Notes: generated by a model from the sequence alone, not told the origin. Shown: positions 26,190-35,202, counted from the stretch's first letter. The stretch: DNA of 35,202 nt from Catajapyx aquilonaris (GCA_000934665.2 KZ538228.1:62001-97202), one strand, 5' to 3'. Translations and numbers: made by a program.

Positions 26190-27552
26190 TGGTAACATTG
26201 GAATCGTTGTTAACCACCCCGGTCATATGGAAAAACGTCGTATCTGCACACTGTGGAAGAAGGTCGTATCTGTATACAATGCGATCCGTCGCTCTGTGAA
26301 GATACGACCCCCCTCCCCCTCCCCCAATTGATGGATGGCAGTGAAGTATACCATTGGCATCCTTGTTTTCCACATGATACTATGGGAAAACGTCGTATCT
26401 GCACATTGCGACAAATACAGCGATCGCTTTTTGTAGATACAACCCTTTTCCTTAGGACGGGATGATCATGGTAACATTGGAATCCTTGTTCCACACGATA
26501 CTATGGGAAAACGTCCTATGTGTACATTGCGTTCTATGGCATTGTGCAGATGCGACGTTTTCCATATAGTACCGGATGAACAAGGATTCCAATGTTACCA
26601 TATGTTCATCCCGTCCTATGGAAAAACGTCTTATCTGCACATTGCGATAAGAGTTGTCGCAATATGCAGATGCGACCTTTTTCCATAGGACTGCAGATCC
26701 CGTGGTAGTATTGTCACCATTGTTCACCCGTCCTATGCAGAAACGTCGTATCTGCACATTGCGATAAAAGTGGTCTCAATGTGCAGATACGACTTTTTTT
26801 CTCCATAGGACAGCTCTGAAGTTGATTGGCATCCTTGTCGTTCATCCGGTGAAAAAAAAAACGTCGTATCTCCACTTGGGACAACTCGTCGCATTGTGCA
26901 GATACGACCTTCTTCTATAGAACGGCAGTGAATTGTTCACTAGGTCCAACGAAAAAACGTCGTATCTGCACAATGCGGCATCATGCGTTTTTCCATATAA
27001 CTGCAGAGACCATGGTAGTATTGGCACCCTTGTTCACCCGTCCCATGCAAAAACGTCGTATCTGCACATTTCGATGAATTGTCACAATGTGCAGATACCT
27101 TTTTTCCATAGGACAGCTATGAAGCTGATTGGCATCCTTGTCGTTCACCCGGTCCTGTGGAAAAACGTCGTATCTGCACAATGCGATTTGTCGCAATGTG
27201 CAGATACGACGTTTTTCCATTGGACCTATAGTGAACACTTCACCATAGGGCTGTGAGATATTTCGATACATCGACTGTCGATACGATATTTTCTTAATAT
27301 CGACGTAGCGATATCCGACGCTTGCCATGTGCGATGTATCGAATATGGCGATTTTTCGATGTCGGTTTTTCGATTTTCGATATATCGACTTCAATGCGAT
27401 ATTTTATGAATATCGAAAGTCGATATGCAATTTCGGATATCGCACAACCCTCACTGCCGTCATATGGAGAGAAAAAAGTCGTAGCTGCACAATGCGACAA
27501 ATCGCATTGTGCAGATACGATGTTTTTCCATAGGACGGCTGTGAAGTAGATC
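26190..27552. repeat. Array of ten ~60-70 bp palindromes with related linkers (period ~95-155 bp, mostly ~115)
   Basis: Units start near 26227, 26382, 26503, 26618, 26735, 26852, 26952, 27045, 27158 and 27463. Consensus ATGGAAAAACGTCGTATCTGCACATTGCGA-loop-TCGCAATGTGCAGATACGACGTTTTTCCAT. Unit 27158-27219 pairs at 28 of 29 bp. Confidence 0.93.
27246..27451. mobile_element. Putative hAT-like MITE inserted in the palindrome array
   Basis: Ends TAGGGCTGTGAGATAT and ATATCGCACAACCCT form imperfect inverted repeats, and the interior is dense in CGAT/ATCG motifs. It interrupts a linker recognisable on both sides. No clean 8-bp target duplication, so the family call is tentative. Confidence 0.65.
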
Positions 27553-28643
27553 AGTCTCCCCCCCCCCCCCTCCCCTTTGCGATTTTTACCAAAATCGTGG
27601 TCATTGATTGGTCAGTTAGCTCTTCTTGTTTTTGGATAGGCCTAGTCGCATTGAACCGGCCGCAGCTCGAGCGACCTTACTCGAGGTTGCGACCTTTCTC
27701 CTCCCGGTGTCAACGACCGAGCGGTCGGGCTTATTCCCCGGGCCGGGACCACCCCCCAGCATCATGCCCAAAATTTTGTGTCCACGCGACGTCACAATGA
27801 CTTTTTTTTTCTTTTAAAAAAAAGTGGCGCGAAATTTTTTAAGATTTTCCTAGTGTAATTGCATCAGAAAAGTCGCTGACACTTTAGTCGACCCTACGTA
27901 GGTTTGCAGATAGGGTCTTTTCTACAGGTCGACCTAGGCCCCGACACACACACACCCCGCTTGAAAATCTCATCGTGGGAACGTTGAACCCGGAGTGAGA
28001 AGCGTCGCCATGGCTACCAGAGGGGGCGTCGGTGGGTGGTTATCCGGAGTGGGGTGGTGGGGCTCCCCCCCTCCCCTTGCCCCCCCCCCCCCNATCACCT
28101 CTCCGGATTTTAAATGACGTCACGGTGACGTCCATGCGCGCTTCTCTGAAGGGGAGCTGTTCAGGGCTTTTTTTTTTTCCTTTTTTCCCCCCCATCCTGT
28201 GGGGGGTTGGGAGGATGAGAGGGGGGGCACGGGGAGGTCAGGGTCGTCGTTCAGGGTTGCCAAGGCAGGGAAGGTTAACCTGGATGACCTAGGGAGGGTC
28301 AAGGTCGTTGTGGTTAGATTGAGGGGTTTTTGGGGAAGAGGATTGATTGGGCCGGCATTCAGGTGGACCAGTGACCGGTGACCAAATAGTGCTGGACATT
28401 AATAGTGTCGTACGTACTGGAGGCGCAATGAGCTGAAAGTTGCGGTCATACGCAGATCAATTATATTTCAAGTGGCTCTTATGCCGCCATTGGCTCTTAG
28501 CGCCACCAGCACGACACCATTAATGTCCAATGTAGGGACGTTGGCTATGCAACAGGTACTTCAGAATTTGCTCTGGAGGACCGGTTAGCTGTGCCACTGG
28601 ACTAAATGTTTTTTGTATCGTTTCAGTTGACCCGGGAGATTGG

Positions 28644-29018
28644 ATGAGGAAGGACATGTCGTCGGTGTCACCGACGCCCTCGCTGGAGTCCCTGCCCGGG
28701 GCTCCGCCTTTGGGCTCGCTAGTTGACGACCCCACTGGACTGGTGCTGGATGGGGTCGTGGGCAATGGGAGCATTGGGAGCTCCAGCAGTTCCAGCAGCT
28801 CCAGCAGTGGAGTAGGGGGAGGAGGGGGTAGTGGGGGAGGGGGCAGCAGCAGTAGCAGCTCCGCTTGTGGAGTGGTGGTCACCAATGGGACTGCCTCGCC
28901 CCCTGTGTCGGCCGGAAGCCCAAACGGGAGCATAGGAGGAGGGGGGATGGGGGGGTGCGCAGGGGCTGCCCCTTCCACGAAATGCACGCTCTGCCATGAG
29001 ACATACACCTTGCCAAAG
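28644..29018 (+). CDS. brat: brat coding exon 1: Brat N-terminal motif, Ser/Gly low-complexity tract, first half of RING (CTLC)
   Basis: Acceptor TTTTTTGTATCGTTTCAG ends at 28626, so the exon starts at 28627. ATG at 28644; a second ATG at 28656 gives MSSVSPTPSLES, closer to the Brat N-terminus. Donor AAG|GTACGG after 29018, phase 0. Confidence 0.88.
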
Positions 29019-32000
29019 GTACGGTACTCCCCTTTCGCTGTTAACGCATGCTGGTCTCGCTCACGACATTTCATTAAAGCCCTTGACTATTCTGGATACA
29101 CAGGTGAATTATAAATGGCTAACTTGATGCAATGTTGTCTAAAGCAATGTTACGTAACGGGGATGTTGTCTAAATAAAAATATTTGGGCCGGTACTGGAA
29201 TCTGCGCGGCAATGTTTCACAGCCTTTTAAAGCTGCTACGGCTTGCAGGCATTATTTTCTCAGTAGGGACCGACCTTGGCCACTTTTTCCAGTAACATCT
29301 GTCAGATTACAGTATTGTGGTTGGCATTTCCGCGAACTGGAGCTATATAGTCCCATCCACACAGTGACGTAACACTCGGGACAAATTTGAGCCAATAGTG
29401 TGTCCATTAATAAATCCACTCGCCGTCAAGAGTGGATCATTTTGAGCAAGCAAACTGTATGCAAAAGTTTCATTTTGAAGTTGCACTTGCTCACTGCGTG
29501 TGATTTAAATGTGGTTTATTAAATAAGATGACATGATGCAGCTGCCTGTTGCTTCCGTTGAATTAGGGACAGTCCAAGTTAAACAGGTGTGTCCGAGATG
29601 TTTCATCATTTTTGATACATTCTGCTGGATGCGAGAAAATCCAACGTAATTGAGGTGTTGATCGCATGCAGTCGTTTAAAGAGTGAACACTGTCATCAAA
29701 GGGATTGCATAATGTAAAATTGAATGAACTCAATTTAGCAGTACCATGCAGCTTTAATGAACTATGAAGACCGGCGACTGCGAATCACCGGTTACAAATT
29801 GCAATGCTACCTTTTCCTTTTATGTGCATGGTTTCTTTATGTATGTTTTCTTTTGTCTGCCCTGCAGGTGCTTCCCTGCCTTCACACATTTTGCCAGGGT
29901 TGCCTGGAGAAGACGCAGGAGCATCCAGATAAGGTAACATGTCCACAGTGCCGCCAGGACTGCCTGCTGAGCCAGAGTGGGGTGGCGGGACTGCTTTCTG
30001 ACTATGCGGTCTCCAACCTTTTGGAGAGCGCAGCCTCCACTGCTGCCTCTCTCGACGGGTCCTCTGTGCCACACTGCACTGGTTGCAAGAGCAAAGAGTC
30101 CAGTGCCGTCGCCAGGTGGGGGCTCGTGAGGTGAAGCTCTTTTTCGCCAACGGGGCTTTTTTGCCAAAATACATGCATTCACACATTATCCCGCACATAT
30201 CACATGGGCCCTCTTGTGAGAAACGCTCAGTGGCTTCGTCGACATATGATTCAAAGTCGCTTATTAAACTCAGAAAAGGGTCCATTATATCCAGCATTAA
30301 CCCCAGCATCATTGATACGTTTCTTATGTGATGATTGCGACTGAATTTTTGTATTGTTTTTTACTGTATGATTTGGGGTTCAATGCTGATTTTTCACCAT
30401 ATATTCCAACTATTCATTTCGCCTTCCATATAATTATAGCTAACAGCATGCCAAACACTTTTCAGTGAAGAGCTCTTTTAAGCATGCTTTATCAGTAAAT
30501 TCCATCGCTGCCCATTCACTGACCCCAGTTATGTGAAGCAGCTGCTAAGCCAGGTTTGTTGTCGAAAACAAGTGTAGGAGGAAGGATGATTACAACATTA
30601 AAGAGATTTTTTTTTTGTAAACGAGTAAGAAATTATTGTAATGCAACAGAGTTGCTTCACCGTGTAACGTTGATGGTGCTGTGCATTTTGTTTTATGTTT
30701 TGGCCATATTGACCTGAAATGCCATTGCCGCTGATCAGGCTAATGGGGACTAATGAACAGCTAGGGTGGAATTACTCAGCGCAGATGTGGGGGGGGAAAT
30801 TTGCATATGAACAAGTGTCCCCCCTTTTATCCAATGGGAAGCATGAAATTCACCTCATCCAAATTTGAATAGTTTAAAATGTGTGTTGTGTTCATAACAT
30901 TTTTTTGGCTTAGAAAGGGGATCACTTTTGCATTCGCATTGTTGCATGATTTCTGTTTGTTGGAAGTTCCGTAATTTGACAATTTATTTAAGTGAACTAT
31001 TTAACACTCAACTGTGGAATTGAGGAAGTTGTGACTTGTGGGAAAAGATTTTGAGATAATTGAACTGCACATATCAACTGCTAATGAAGTCATATTTATT
31101 TTCATGGATCTTCCTACTTGTGGTGTGCATTGCATTGAAAGTGTGATTGTTTATTTATTTTTTCTGTCAGTTTTGTAACCCTTTGCGTCTTGTGACTTTT
31201 TCCGCAGATGCTTCGACTGCGCCAATTTTCTCTGCGCCAACTGTGTGATGGCCCACCAGTTCATGCATTGCTTTGAGGGTCACCGTGTTCTGACTCTTGG
31301 AGAGGCTCAGAACTGTCTCTCGGGGGGCAAGTCAGACCCACAGCCAAAGCTTGTAGCCTGCCCTCGGCACAAGGGAGAGCCCCTTAAGTATTTCTGTCGC
31401 AGCTGCTGTGTCCCAGTGTGCAAGGAGTGCACACTAATGGATCATCCAACGGGCCTGCATGACTGGGAACCATTAAGCGAGGCGGCCCATGGTCAGGTAC
31501 AGCAGCTTGCTCAGGGGGTGCAGGAGTCACGAGCCAAACTTGGGGACTTGCGTGCGCAGCTAAAGGCACTCGAGCACGTGGCCACTCGTCTTCAGGTATG
31601 TAACAGGAGTTTGGAGTTGTTTTTTTGGAACAATTTTGCACAGTGTACCTCATTCTTATGTCATTTTCCGCAGGTGGCGTACCATAAGGCAGCATCAGAA
31701 GTGAATGAAACGGCTCATTTCTACCGGACTGTTCTGGAAGAGAGGAAGCAGGAAGTGTTGAAAGAGTTGGATGGTGCATACAGCACCAGGCAGGTGGCCC
31801 TTGGGGTCGTGGGACAGAAGACGCAGGAGACCATCGACAAGCTCTTCCAAACAGTGGAGTTTGCAGAAAGGCTGCTCAGATACGCCACTCACACTGAGGT
31901 TCTCCTCTTCAAGAAGATGCTGGATTCCAGGCTTCAGGCTCTGGCCAGCTTCACTCCAGACGCTGCTGTGCAGCAGGCAGGGAATGACCTGGAGTTTGTT

Positions 32001-33704
32001 TCCAACTACCAGGCCATACAGGTGTGTTTGAATTTTTACTTGAAAACCTGACTTTAGCCGTAGTATGTTTAAAAGAAACTTATGCGTAATTTTCTGATAT
32101 GTTACAGGTGGGTGTTCGCAACACGTTTGGCTATGTCCGCTCAGGATCGGAGGTTGGCCCAGGTGGTGCAGGCATGCTGTCCAACAGCCCTGCTCCAAGC
32201 AAGCAACCGCCAATAGCTCGCCCCACCTCGACTTCTCCACAACTAAACGGACACTCCAACGGGTCCTCGAACAACAACGGACTGCTGGAGCGTCCCTATT
32301 GCAATGGACATGCACCACTCTCATTTGAGGCCAGCTTGCTCGGGAAGAGATTTGGAACTGCAGGGAGCCTGGGACCATTTGCTCCAGCTCCTGTTCCTGC
32401 TCCTTCCCTAGCCAACGAGCTGGGACTGACCGGACTGAATGGGCTCAACGGTCTGAATGGACTGAATGGGCTCAATGGACTAAATGGGTTGTCTGCCTAT
32501 GAGAAGTGGTCAAGCGGTGGCGACCTGTTTCAGAATGGGTCCGACCCGTTCTCATGTTCCAGCAGCAACAGCGGAGGGCAGCAGCAACAGTCTGGGGGGC
32601 AAAGCGTGGTCAACGGGGGTGGTCCTGATCCAATGATGGACCTCACTTCGAAGCTGATGGCTTCTCCTATCTTCCCACCCAAGTCACAGTTGAAGCGACA
32701 GAAAATGATATACCATTGCAAATTTGGGGAGTTTGGCGTTTTGGAAGGCCAATTCACAGAGCCGAGTGGGGTGGCAGTCAATGCACAGAATGATATCATA
32801 GTGGCGGACACCAACAATCATAGGATACAGATCTTCGACAGGGAGGGGAGATTCAAGTTCCAGTTCGGCGAATGCGGAAAGGTATGTGCAATTTATATGC
32901 GATCATCGTATGAATGTTACTGATCCGGCTGGACTGACTCATTGCTTTTCTTTTCTGCCAACAGAGAGATGGGCAGCTCTTGTATCCCAACCGAGTGGCA
33001 GTGGTGCGTCCTTCTGGAGACATTGTCGTGACGGAGAGATCTCCCACACACCAGATTCAGCTGTATAACCAGTATGGCCAGTTTGTACGCAAGTTCGGCG
33101 CAAACATTCTGCAGCATCCTCGGGGAGTCACTGTTGACAACAAGGGAAGGATCATTGTGGTTGAATGCAAGGTGAGTCTTTGTTGTTTTGTGAATACAAT
33201 ATGCTTTGAAAGTTTCATAAGTTTCATAAGTTTCTCACACATGCTTCTTTATTTGCTCACTAGGTTATGCGTGTACTCATATTCGACCAGTTGGGCAACG
33301 TTCTTCAGAAATTCGGCTGCTCGAAGCACCTGGAATTCCCGAACGGTGTGGTTGTGAATGATAAGCAGGAGATCTTCATCAGCGACAACCGCGCTCATTG
33401 CGTCAAGGTGTTTAGCTACGAGGGCTCCTACCTGCGCCAGATTGGTGGGGAGGGGATCACAAATTACCCCATCGGAGTGGGCATAAACGCAGCGGGGGAG
33501 ATTCTGATTGCCGACAACCACAACAACTTCAACCTCACCATCTTCACACAGGAGGGCCAGCTGGTCTCAGCTCTCGAGTCAAAGGTCAAGCATGCTCAGT
33601 GCTTCGACGTTGCACTCATGGATGATGGATCGGTGGTGCTTGCTTCGAAGGACTACCGGCTGTACATCTACCGCTACGTGCAGGTGCCACCGCTTGGTCT
33701 GTGA
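28644..33704 (+). CDS. brat: Brain tumor (Brat)-like TRIM-NHL protein, spliced CDS join(28644-29018,29868-30115,31208-31595,31674-32021,32108-32881,32965-33171,33264-33704), ~926 aa
   Basis: Six GT-AG introns with compatible phases (0,2,0,0,0,0) join the ORF fragments into one frame ending at TGA 33702-33704. Domain order is RING, B-box1, B-box2, coiled coil, linker, NHL repeats, with no filamin domain. NHL sequence (KRQKMIYHCKFGEFGVLEGQFTEPSGVAVNAQNDIIVADTNNHRIQIFD...ALMDDGSVVLASKDYRLYIYRYVQ) and N-terminal SPTPSLES closely match Drosophila Brat as I recall it. Confidence 0.95.
29868..30115 (+). CDS. brat: brat coding exon 2: remainder of RING (VLPCLHTFCQGC...CPQC) and start of B-box1 (CTGCKSKESSAVAR)
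   Basis: Acceptor TTTTGTCTGCCCTGCAG|GTG; donor AG|GTGGGG, phase 2; 248 nt. Confidence 0.92.
31208..31595 (+). CDS. brat: brat coding exon 3: end of B-box1 (CFDC..LCANC..H..H), B-box2 (CPRH..CRSC..CKEC..H..H), start of coiled coil
   Basis: Acceptor TTTTTCCGCAG|A completes the Arg codon from exon 2; donor CAG|GTATGT, phase 0. Confidence 0.94.
31674..32021 (+). CDS. brat: brat coding exon 4: coiled-coil region ending LEFVSNYQAIQ
   Basis: Acceptor TCATTTTCCGCAG|GTG; donor CAG|GTGTGT; 348 nt, phase 0-0. Confidence 0.92.
32108..32881 (+). CDS. brat: brat coding exon 5: VGVRNTFGY motif, low-complexity linker, first NHL repeats
   Basis: Acceptor GTTACAG|GTG; donor AAG|GTATGT; 774 nt. It continues the Brat-like FVSNYQAIQ-VGVRNTFGY motif across the intron. 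Confidence 0.94.
32965..33171 (+). CDS. brat: brat coding exon 6: NHL repeats (RDGQLLYPNRVAV...IIVVECK)
   Basis: Acceptor CTTTTCTTTTCTGCCAACAG|AGA; donor AAG|GTGAGT; 207 nt. Confidence 0.95.
33264..33704 (+). CDS. brat: brat last coding exon: C-terminal NHL repeats to stop
   Basis: Acceptor TTTGCTCACTAG|GTT; reads VMRVLIFDQ...YRYVQVPPLGL then TGA. Confidence 0.95.
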   Translation, partial: VMRVLIFDQLGNVLQKFGCSKHLEFPNGVVVNDKQEIFISDNRAHCVKVFSYEGSYLRQIGGEGITNYPIGVGINAAGEILIADNHNNFNLTIFTQEGQLVSALESKVKHAQCFDVALMDDGSVVLASKDYRLYIYRYVQVPPLGL

Positions 33705-35202
33705 GGCGACCACGTGAAAGTGAACTGGCCGATACGGTGAGGGTGTGGCTAATAATATGGCAACATCCAGAAGAAGGCGACGACAGGCAAGCCTTTTTCT
33801 GTTACACACAAAAACTAACACAGGGGAAAAATAATAATTTGAGGGGGGAAAATTTTGTTGTTCATTTTTTTTATCTTATTATTTTTTTTCTTGGCACCCA
33901 ATGTTGGTATCTGTGTTCCCCATTGTGGATTTAAGGGTCGCACAGATTTAGGCTTGACCCCCCTTGGTGGTTTTTGGCAATATTATCCCGGTTATTGTTT
34001 TTTTTTTTTTTTTGACTGAGGGTTACCATGGCGAACCTCCCCCCGCCCCAATCATTGTTGTTTCGCTCTCTTTCGCCCACCTTTTTAGAATGCTCACATT
34101 GTTGCGCACCCCCTCTCCCGCCCCCTGCAATGAAACGTTTATTGGGAGGCAAACTTGAAAAATATCAGGCCAGAAAGAAAAAAAAGTGCCCTCCTGTCGT
34201 CCTCGTGAGAAATCAAATAAAAGCAGGGGAAGTTTAAAGGTTACTGCGGGCAAACGTCGCCATGGTAGCAGCAAAAAAAGAAAGGAAAAAAATCGAGTTC
34301 GCTAATAAAATCCCTGAGTAGGGAGGGATTGTGGGCCATTTGTAAATGATTATCAGTTGGTTAATAGTTAAGTGTGAGAGAGAGGGAGGTGGAGGTTTAC
34401 CCCCACAATTATAAATAGGGATAGTTGTTGGAGGGTCATTTTGATCGAAGTCTTGGTGAGGGATGAGTAAAAATAAAATAAAACATTTTTGCGCCCCCTT
34501 TCCCTTGCTCCCCCACCCACCCCAAACCTTGTTCTTCTTGTGATGCTCAAGTTGAAAATGTTAGTGGCCCCTTTGTTGGACCCCTTGTTGTCCCCCCTCC
34601 CCCCCCAGTAAAATAGTATTGAAATGACCCTCTTTCAAAAAAAACGCGTTTTCCTAATACTCTTCCATCGTAACACCCACCCCTCGTCATTGCCCACTTC
34701 ACCAAAGTGAAAGTATTTATTTAAAAACCCCTCTCCTGTCCTGCCAATGTTAAGGGGAAAAAAAAGAAGCACTGCCTCCTTGTTGTGCGCCCCCCCTCCC
34801 TCCAAAAAAAAAAATAATTAGCATCACTCGATAATTACGGTAGAGTTAAGGCTGTACCTCTGTCCCCTCCCCCCCATACAGCAGCTTACAAGTTAATTGC
34901 GTTTTTTTAAAAAAAACCACACTTTCCCCCTGATCTGAGTGATATTGACTGCCCCATGCACTTATTTAAATGTAAGTCAATATCCAGAACGACTCATAGC
35001 ACTTTTTTTTTAATTGTTTACTTTTTTTGTTGATTTTTTCTTCCCTAAAAATGGGAGGGGAGCTATGTGTATTGTGCGTTATGTTATTATCCATGATGTG
35101 GTTCATGTGTGTGAGTGTGCGAGTGGTGTATGTGAGAGTGAGGTAGTCCCCCCCCCCCGACCCTTCGTGTAATGGCATAATATCCCCCCCAATGTGCCCC
35201 CC
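33705..35202 (+). other. Putative brat 3' UTR or downstream flank (end undefined)
   Basis: Follows the stop codon, is U-rich, and has AATAAA hexamers at 34216, 34304, 34472 and 34477. The true cleavage site cannot be determined from sequence. Confidence 0.55.

Noticed and set aside
25564..26373. Overlapping 160-204 aa ORFs on both strands
   Set aside because: Produced by G/T-rich low-complexity and repeat sequence; no domain signature.
26190..27552. CRISPR array interpretation of the palindrome-linker array
   Set aside because: Repeats are ~60-70 bp and diverged, linkers are homologous to each other rather than unique, no cas genes are present, and the context is a spliceosomal eukaryotic gene.
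27974..28001. Two Su(H)-like sites (CGTGGGAA, AGTGAGAA)
   Set aside because: Same orientation rather than the head-to-head paired arrangement, and several such matches are expected by chance in 35 kb.
28520..33821. Minus-strand ORFs overlapping brat exons (28520-29074, 29785-30312, 31695-32378 and others)
   Set aside because: Antisense shadows of the real coding exons.
34539..34937. miRNA seed matches in the putative 3' UTR (miR-9 ACCAAAG at 34701, K-box TGTGAT, near-bantam TGATCTG)
   Set aside because: Single 6-7-mer matches are expected by chance and the bantam-like site is mismatched; conservation data would be needed.
1..35202. Autonomous transposase, reverse transcriptase, rRNA or intact tRNA genes
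   Set aside because: No such motifs recognised in the ORF track or sequence; highly degraded fragments cannot be excluded without a search.

Overview
Eukaryotic (animal, probably non-dipteran arthropod) genomic DNA. The only supportable protein-coding gene is a + strand TRIM-NHL gene orthologous to Drosophila brain tumor (brat). It has 7 coding exons (28644-29018, 29868-30115, 31208-31595, 31674-32021, 32108-32881, 32965-33171, 33264-33704), all with GT-AG introns in compatible phases, giving about 926 aa: RING, two B-boxes, coiled coil, low-complexity linker and NHL propeller. Unlike Drosophila Brat it keeps an intact C3HC4 RING. The first ~28.6 kb has no credible CDS and is probably brat 5' introns plus regulatory or intergenic DNA. 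It contains several structured repeats: a Tc1/mariner-type MITE nested in a second inverted-repeat element (~9.85-10.29 kb), an ACTAAC-rich foldback (~21.57-22.12 kb), a 4-copy TTACGTCA-bearing tandem repeat (~25.15-25.61 kb), and an array of ten ~60-70 bp palindromes whose related linkers occur in both orientations, interrupted by a hAT-like MITE (~26.19-27.55 kb). The palindrome array is the most unusual structure. The putative 3' UTR carries eight sense-strand TTGTTG Brat-type motifs, suggesting autoregulation. All homology statements come from recalled family knowledge, not from searches.
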